From: a virus
Lineage: Duplodnaviria > Caudoviricetes
Virus record (IMG/VR): IMGVR_UViG_3300033076_001341
Location: 1 to 64,000 of that record
Reading direction: 5' to 3' (one strand)
DNA: 64,000 nt
Shown piece by piece: positions 60,032 through 64,000 of the stretch; the stretch's first letter is position 1; every line of letters begins with the position of its first letter. Position numbers and translations under genes: made by a program. The notes beneath the pieces are model-generated. The model saw only the letters and a program-made list of their open reading frames with translations, ran no database searches and was not told the DNA's origin.

Positions 60032-61729
60032 ATGGCACTAACTAAAATTAAAAAATCCCAACTCGACTCGCTGAATATCACCAACAGTGATATTGATGCC
60101 GCAGCAGCGATTGCGAGTTCCAAGCTTGCGGATGGCGCAAATTTTCTAAAGAAAGACGGATCGGTTGTCATGACCGCCGACTTACAAATGGGCAGCAACA
60201 AGATCACTGGTCTTGCGACTCCCACTGCTAATACCGATGCAGCAACTAAAGCATACGTAGACGGTGTTGTACAAGGTCTCGACGTAAAGAACTCTGTTCG
60301 TGCCGCTACTACCGCCAACATTACGCTGTCCGGTACCCAAACCATTGACGGTGTTGCCTTGTCTGTCGGCGACCGCGTATTGGTAAAAGATCAGACTACC
60401 GGTTCTCAGAACGGTCTTTATAACGTTGCTTCTGGTGCATGGACCCGCACTATCGATGCAGAAGTAGATGCTGAAGTAACTGCCGGGTTGTTTGTCTTTG
60501 TTGAAGAAGGTACTGCAAACGCAGACTCCGGATGGGTATTGACAACCAATGCTCCGATCACCCTGGGTACAACTGCTCTGACGTTCTCCCAGTTCTCCGG
60601 AGCTGGATCTGTCATTGCCGGTGACGGTATGACTAAGACGGGTAACACGCTCAACGTAGTTACTGCCTCTGCTTCCAGGATTGTTGTAAACGCTGATAGC
60701 ATTGATTTGGCAACTGTCGGAACTGCTGGATCTTACAGTCGTGTCACTGTCGATGCGTATGGTCGCGTCACTGCCGGCACAAACGACAACACCGACAACG
60801 TAACAGAAGGTACGACCAACCTGTACTTTACCAACGCGCGTGCGCAGGCTGCGATCACAGGTGGTGCAAGTTCTATTGTTACTTCAAACTTAACCATCAA
60901 CCGTGCATTGCTTTCTGATGCTTCCGGTAAAGTGGCTGTGTCTGCAGTAACCTCTACTGAACTTGGATATCTCTCTGGTGTGACCAGTGCAATCCAAACG
61001 CAGTTGGGTGGTAAGCAGAACTTGGATGCTACATTGACTGCACTGGCTGGTTTGACTACCGCTGCCGATCAGTTGATCTACTCTACCGGTGTGGACGCAT
61101 TTGCCATGGCAAGTTTGACTGCGTTTGGTCGCAGTCTGATTGACGACGCGGATGCCTCTGCTGCAAGAACTACTTTGGGTCTTGCTATTGGCACCAACGT
61201 ACAAGCGTGGGATGGTGACTTGGATGCAATTGCAGCATTGGCTGGCACTTCAGGGTTACTCAGAAAAACCGCCGCTAACACCTGGTCATTGGATACCAGT
61301 ACCTACCTGACCAGTAACCAAACAATCACGTTGTCTGGTGATGCCTCTGGTTCTGGAACTACTGCAATCACTGTCACCTTGGCAAGTGTTGGTACAGCCG
61401 GTACATATACCAAAGTAACTACAGACGCTAAAGGTCGTGTAACTGCAGGTACAACCCTCAGTGCTTCAGATCTTCCGAGTGGAACTTTGACCAGCTCTAA
61501 GTTGGTAACGCGTGAAACCCTTTCACCTGCTCCTAACGGGGTTGTTACTACGTTTACTGCTACACAGAACGCAGTTGCTGGTAGTGAGAACGTGTACTTC
61601 AACGGTGTATTGATGGAACCAGGTGCTGGTAACGATTACACAGTAGGAACCAACACACCTTTGACAATCACTTTCCTGTTCACTCCTACACCTACTGATA
61701 AAATCAGAGTCTCTTACCTCGTACCATAA
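60032..61729 (+). CDS. Tail fibre protein, 565 aa
   Basis: DAATKAYVD; LSGTQTIDGV...GDRVLVKDQ...NGLY...WTR; AGxYxxVTxDAxGRVTAG repeats. Confidence 0.8.
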   Translation: MALTKIKKSQLDSLNITNSDIDAAAAIASSKLADGANFLKKDGSVVMTADLQMGSNKITGLATPTANTDAATKAYVDGVVQGLDVKNSVRAATTANITLSGTQTIDGVALSVGDRVLVKDQTTGSQNGLYNVASGAWTRTIDAEVDAEVTAGLFVFVEEGTANADSGWVLTTNAPITLGTTALTFSQFSGAGSVIAGDGMTKTGNTLNVVTASASRIVVNADSIDLATVGTAGSYSRVTVDAYGRVTAGTNDNTDNVTEGTTNLYFTNARAQAAITGGASSIVTSNLTINRALLSDASGKVAVSAVTSTELGYLSGVTSAIQTQLGGKQNLDATLTALAGLTTAADQLIYSTGVDAFAMASLTAFGRSLIDDADASAARTTLGLAIGTNVQAWDGDLDAIAALAGTSGLLRKTAANTWSLDTSTYLTSNQTITLSGDASGSGTTAITVTLASVGTAGTYTKVTTDAKGRVTAGTTLSASDLPSGTLTSSKLVTRETLSPAPNGVVTTFTATQNAVAGSENVYFNGVLMEPGAGNDYTVGTNTPLTITFLFTPTPTDKIRVSYLVP

Positions 61730-61732
61730 ACA

Positions 61733-64000
61733 ATGGCTAGAACCCAGCTACCCACCACGCTTATTGCTGATGAAACTATCGTCCGTGCTGACTTGAACGT
61801 TAGCACGGCAGGTAGTGCTGTAATCCGTAAACTGATCCAAGGAACAGGCATAACCATTTCTTCAACCGGAGCTGATTCCGGAACGGGAGACGTAACGGTT
61901 AGCATTAACAGTTCTTCTGTTGTAACGAGTTTTAATACCCGTACCGGAGCAGTGACACTGAACAGTTCAGATGTGACCACTGCACTCGGGTTTACTCCCA
62001 TCAGTTCATATACTGAAACGGACACTTTAGCTACAGTTACAGGTAGAGGAGCTATTACGACTAATGCTATTACAGTAGGTAACCTAACTGCTACTTCTTT
62101 TATAAAAAGCGGAGGAACCTCTTCCCAGTTCTTAAAGGCTGATGGATCTGTAGATAGTAATACTTATTTGACTTCGGTAACTGATATTAGTGGATATTCA
62201 GGAAGACTTCTAGGAGAAGATAATAGAACTATAAGTCCAAGTGAAGGTGTAGCAGGACAATTAAAATTTGGATTTACTTCTTGGAATAACAACAACAATT
62301 CTCCTTATGCTGACTTTTTACATTTACGTTCTTATACAGATGCATCAGGAGGGTTAGATAATTTAGTTCTTTTCCGTAAGGATGTAATTGGTATGCGCAT
62401 TTACCAACAAAGTTGGGGTTCTGCGTCTGCTTATGCTACTTATAAAGATGTTGCATTTACAGATAGCAGTATTACTGGTAACGCTGCAACCGCAACTACT
62501 TTACAAACAGCAAGAAACATTAATGGTACTTCTTTTAATGGTTCTGGAAACATTACTACTGCTGTTTGGGGTAACGCTAGAAACTTAACAATTGGTAACA
62601 CAGCAAAAGCTGTAGATGGTTCTGGAAACGTTTCCTGGACACTCGCAGAAATACAGGCTGAGTACCAAGTTCCCAATAATACCCTAAGGAATAACTTAGG
62701 TGATCCTACCGTGCGAGAAGCTGCCATGTTTCATGGGCAGTTCAATAATAAGTTTAGGTTTATTTCTCCGACTCTTCAAGAAGAAAGTACGGATGGAGTT
62801 ACTTGGACAACTTCTACAAGAGCTTCGGCAGCCACTTTGGGTGATATGATGCGTGGAGAAGGAGAAGGAACTAGTTTTGCTGCAATACCTACTGGAACAA
62901 TAGGAACATATGGTGGCTATCGTCTTACTTGGAATGTAGTAGGAACTGTAGGTTACGTGTTCTTAAATGCTCTTTACGTTTACAATTCTACCAATGGTAA
63001 TAACGTAACGATTAAAATTGAGGCTTACCATAATACTAATGGTTGGGTAACTATTACAGGACCGCTTGCAACGAATAACTGGCCTGGTCATGCTTATATT
63101 CCACACTCACCTATTTATTACAGTAACAATGCTACTCAATACAGTCAAGTAAGAATTACTTTTGAAACCACTCATAATGCTTTTACAAATGCTTTTTCTA
63201 TATACTCTATTGAGTGGGTAGGAGGATATCCGGCAGGTAAGAGAAATGTTGAGTCTTACGATAGAGATAAAAACGTTACTTTTCCTGCGATAATCTATGC
63301 GACTGGAGGAAGTTCGAGTAACTGGAATACTGCCTACACAAACAGAATCTCGTCTCTAACCACTACTGGTTCAAGTGGTGCCGCTACTCTGTCTTCTAAC
63401 GTACTTAACATCCCTAACTATACACTAGCAGGATTAGGAGGACAAGCTCAACTCAATGGTACTGGGTTTGTAAAGATTAGTGGAACAACTATCAGTTATG
63501 ATAACGCTACTTACTACTTAGCTTCTAACCCTAGTGGTTACACAAACAACACAGGTACAGTTACGTCTATCATAGCAGGTACTGGATTGAGTGGAGGAAC
63601 TATCACTACAAGTGGAACTATAGCTTTGGCTAATACATCTGTAACTGCTGGTTCCTATACAAATGCTAACATAACAGTAGATGCTCAGGGAAGAATCACT
63701 GCTGCTTCTAATGGTAGTGGAGGAAGTACCCCTACATTAGCAGCAGTTACAACTGCAGGTAATACTACAACCAACGCGATAACTGTAGGAGGACTAACAG
63801 TCGATACAGACACTTTGTATGTAGATACTACCAATAACAGAGTAGGTATCGGCACTACGTCTCCCACTGATAAGTTGCACATCATTGACTCAAACAACGC
63901 CAACATCTTCGGAAGAATTACTGCTACAGGTACAAATGCTTCTGCTGCTTGGGTTGCTATGAACAACCTGAATGATAACGTGGTTTATCGTGTATTTGGA
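61733..64000 (+). CDS. Tail fibre protein, truncated at window end (at least 756 aa; absent from the ORF track)
   Basis: ATG 61733 opens a frame (MARTQLPTTLIADETIVRADLN...) with no stop before 64000; VTSFNTRTGAVTL, GNAATATTLQTARNING, VDAQGRITAA and RVGIGTT fibre motifs. Confidence 0.85.
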   Translation, partial: MARTQLPTTLIADETIVRADLNVSTAGSAVIRKLIQGTGITISSTGADSGTGDVTVSINSSSVVTSFNTRTGAVTLNSSDVTTALGFTPISSYTETDTLATVTGRGAITTNAITVGNLTATSFIKSGGTSSQFLKADGSVDSNTYLTSVTDISGYSGRLLGEDNRTISPSEGVAGQLKFGFTSWNNNNNSPYADFLHLRSYTDASGGLDNLVLFRKDVIGMRIYQQSWGSASAYATYKDVAFTDSSITGNAATATTLQTARNINGTSFNGSGNITTAVWGNARNLTIGNTAKAVDGSGNVSWTLAEIQAEYQVPNNTLRNNLGDPTVREAAMFHGQFNNKFRFISPTLQEESTDGVTWTTSTRASAATLGDMMRGEGEGTSFAAIPTGTIGTYGGYRLTWNVVGTVGYVFLNALYVYNSTNGNNVTIKIEAYHNTNGWVTITGPLATNNWPGHAYIPHSPIYYSNNATQYSQVRITFETTHNAFTNAFSIYSIEWVGGYPAGKRNVESYDRDKNVTFPAIIYATGGSSSNWNTAYTNRISSLTTTGSSGAATLSSNVLNIPNYTLAGLGGQAQLNGTGFVKISGTTISYDNATYYLASNPSGYTNNTGTVTSIIAGTGLSGGTITTSGTIALANTSVTAGSYTNANITVDAQGRITAASNGSGGSTPTLAAVTTAGNTTTNAITVGGLTVDTDTLYVDTTNNRVGIGTTSPTDKLHIIDSNNANIFGRITATGTNASAAWVAMNNLNDNVVYRVFG

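Noticed and set aside
416-63966. Many minus-strand and alternative-frame ORFs (e.g. 29933..31087, 40347..41282, 48016..49092)
   Set aside because: All are nested in long plus-strand genes and have no recognisable motifs; they are explained as antisense shadows of codon bias.
1-64000. Stop-codon reassignment as in some crAss-like clades
   Set aside because: Code 11 gives uninterrupted ORFs up to 11.8 kb, and TAG (9742, 32605) and TGA (4771, 12163, 17938) end genes at sensible boundaries.

Overview
This is a gene-dense, entirely plus-strand segment of a large crAss-like (Crassvirales-type) podophage, probably infecting a Bacteroidota host (no Shine-Dalgarno sequences, A-rich leaders with A at -3). 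It uses genetic code 11 with TAA, TGA and TAG all acting as stops. Gene order: end of the major capsid protein; gene-75-like and ring/adaptor proteins; a Dps/ferritin-like protein; a putative auxiliary capsid protein; a Cys-rich/FN3 accessory cluster; a metallophosphoesterase; an HU/IHF-like protein; ring and tail-tubular proteins; a small HExxH protein; the muzzle/tail stabilisation protein; a ~33 kb block of ejected cargo proteins including a 3927-aa virion RNA polymerase polyprotein; and a mosaic tail fibre block running off the right end. The most unusual signals are: (1) a 48-nt tRNA mimic (acceptor stem, D-arm, T-arm, no anticodon arm) just after the capsid gene; (2) an apparently intact RNase HI domain fused to the C-terminus of the virion RNAP; (3) cargo proteins built from modules separated by [MFYW]xxGG linkers, one of which looks like an outer-membrane beta-barrel flanked by direct repeats; (4) terminal cysteines at the junctions of the three largest cargo proteins; (5) a GTTGGTTTTC 3'-UTR motif complementary to AACCAA-type leaders; (6) a recurring TAAATT-N6-GTA promoter-like motif and near-total GGCC avoidance. 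Family assignments rest on motifs and synteny read by eye; no database searches were run.
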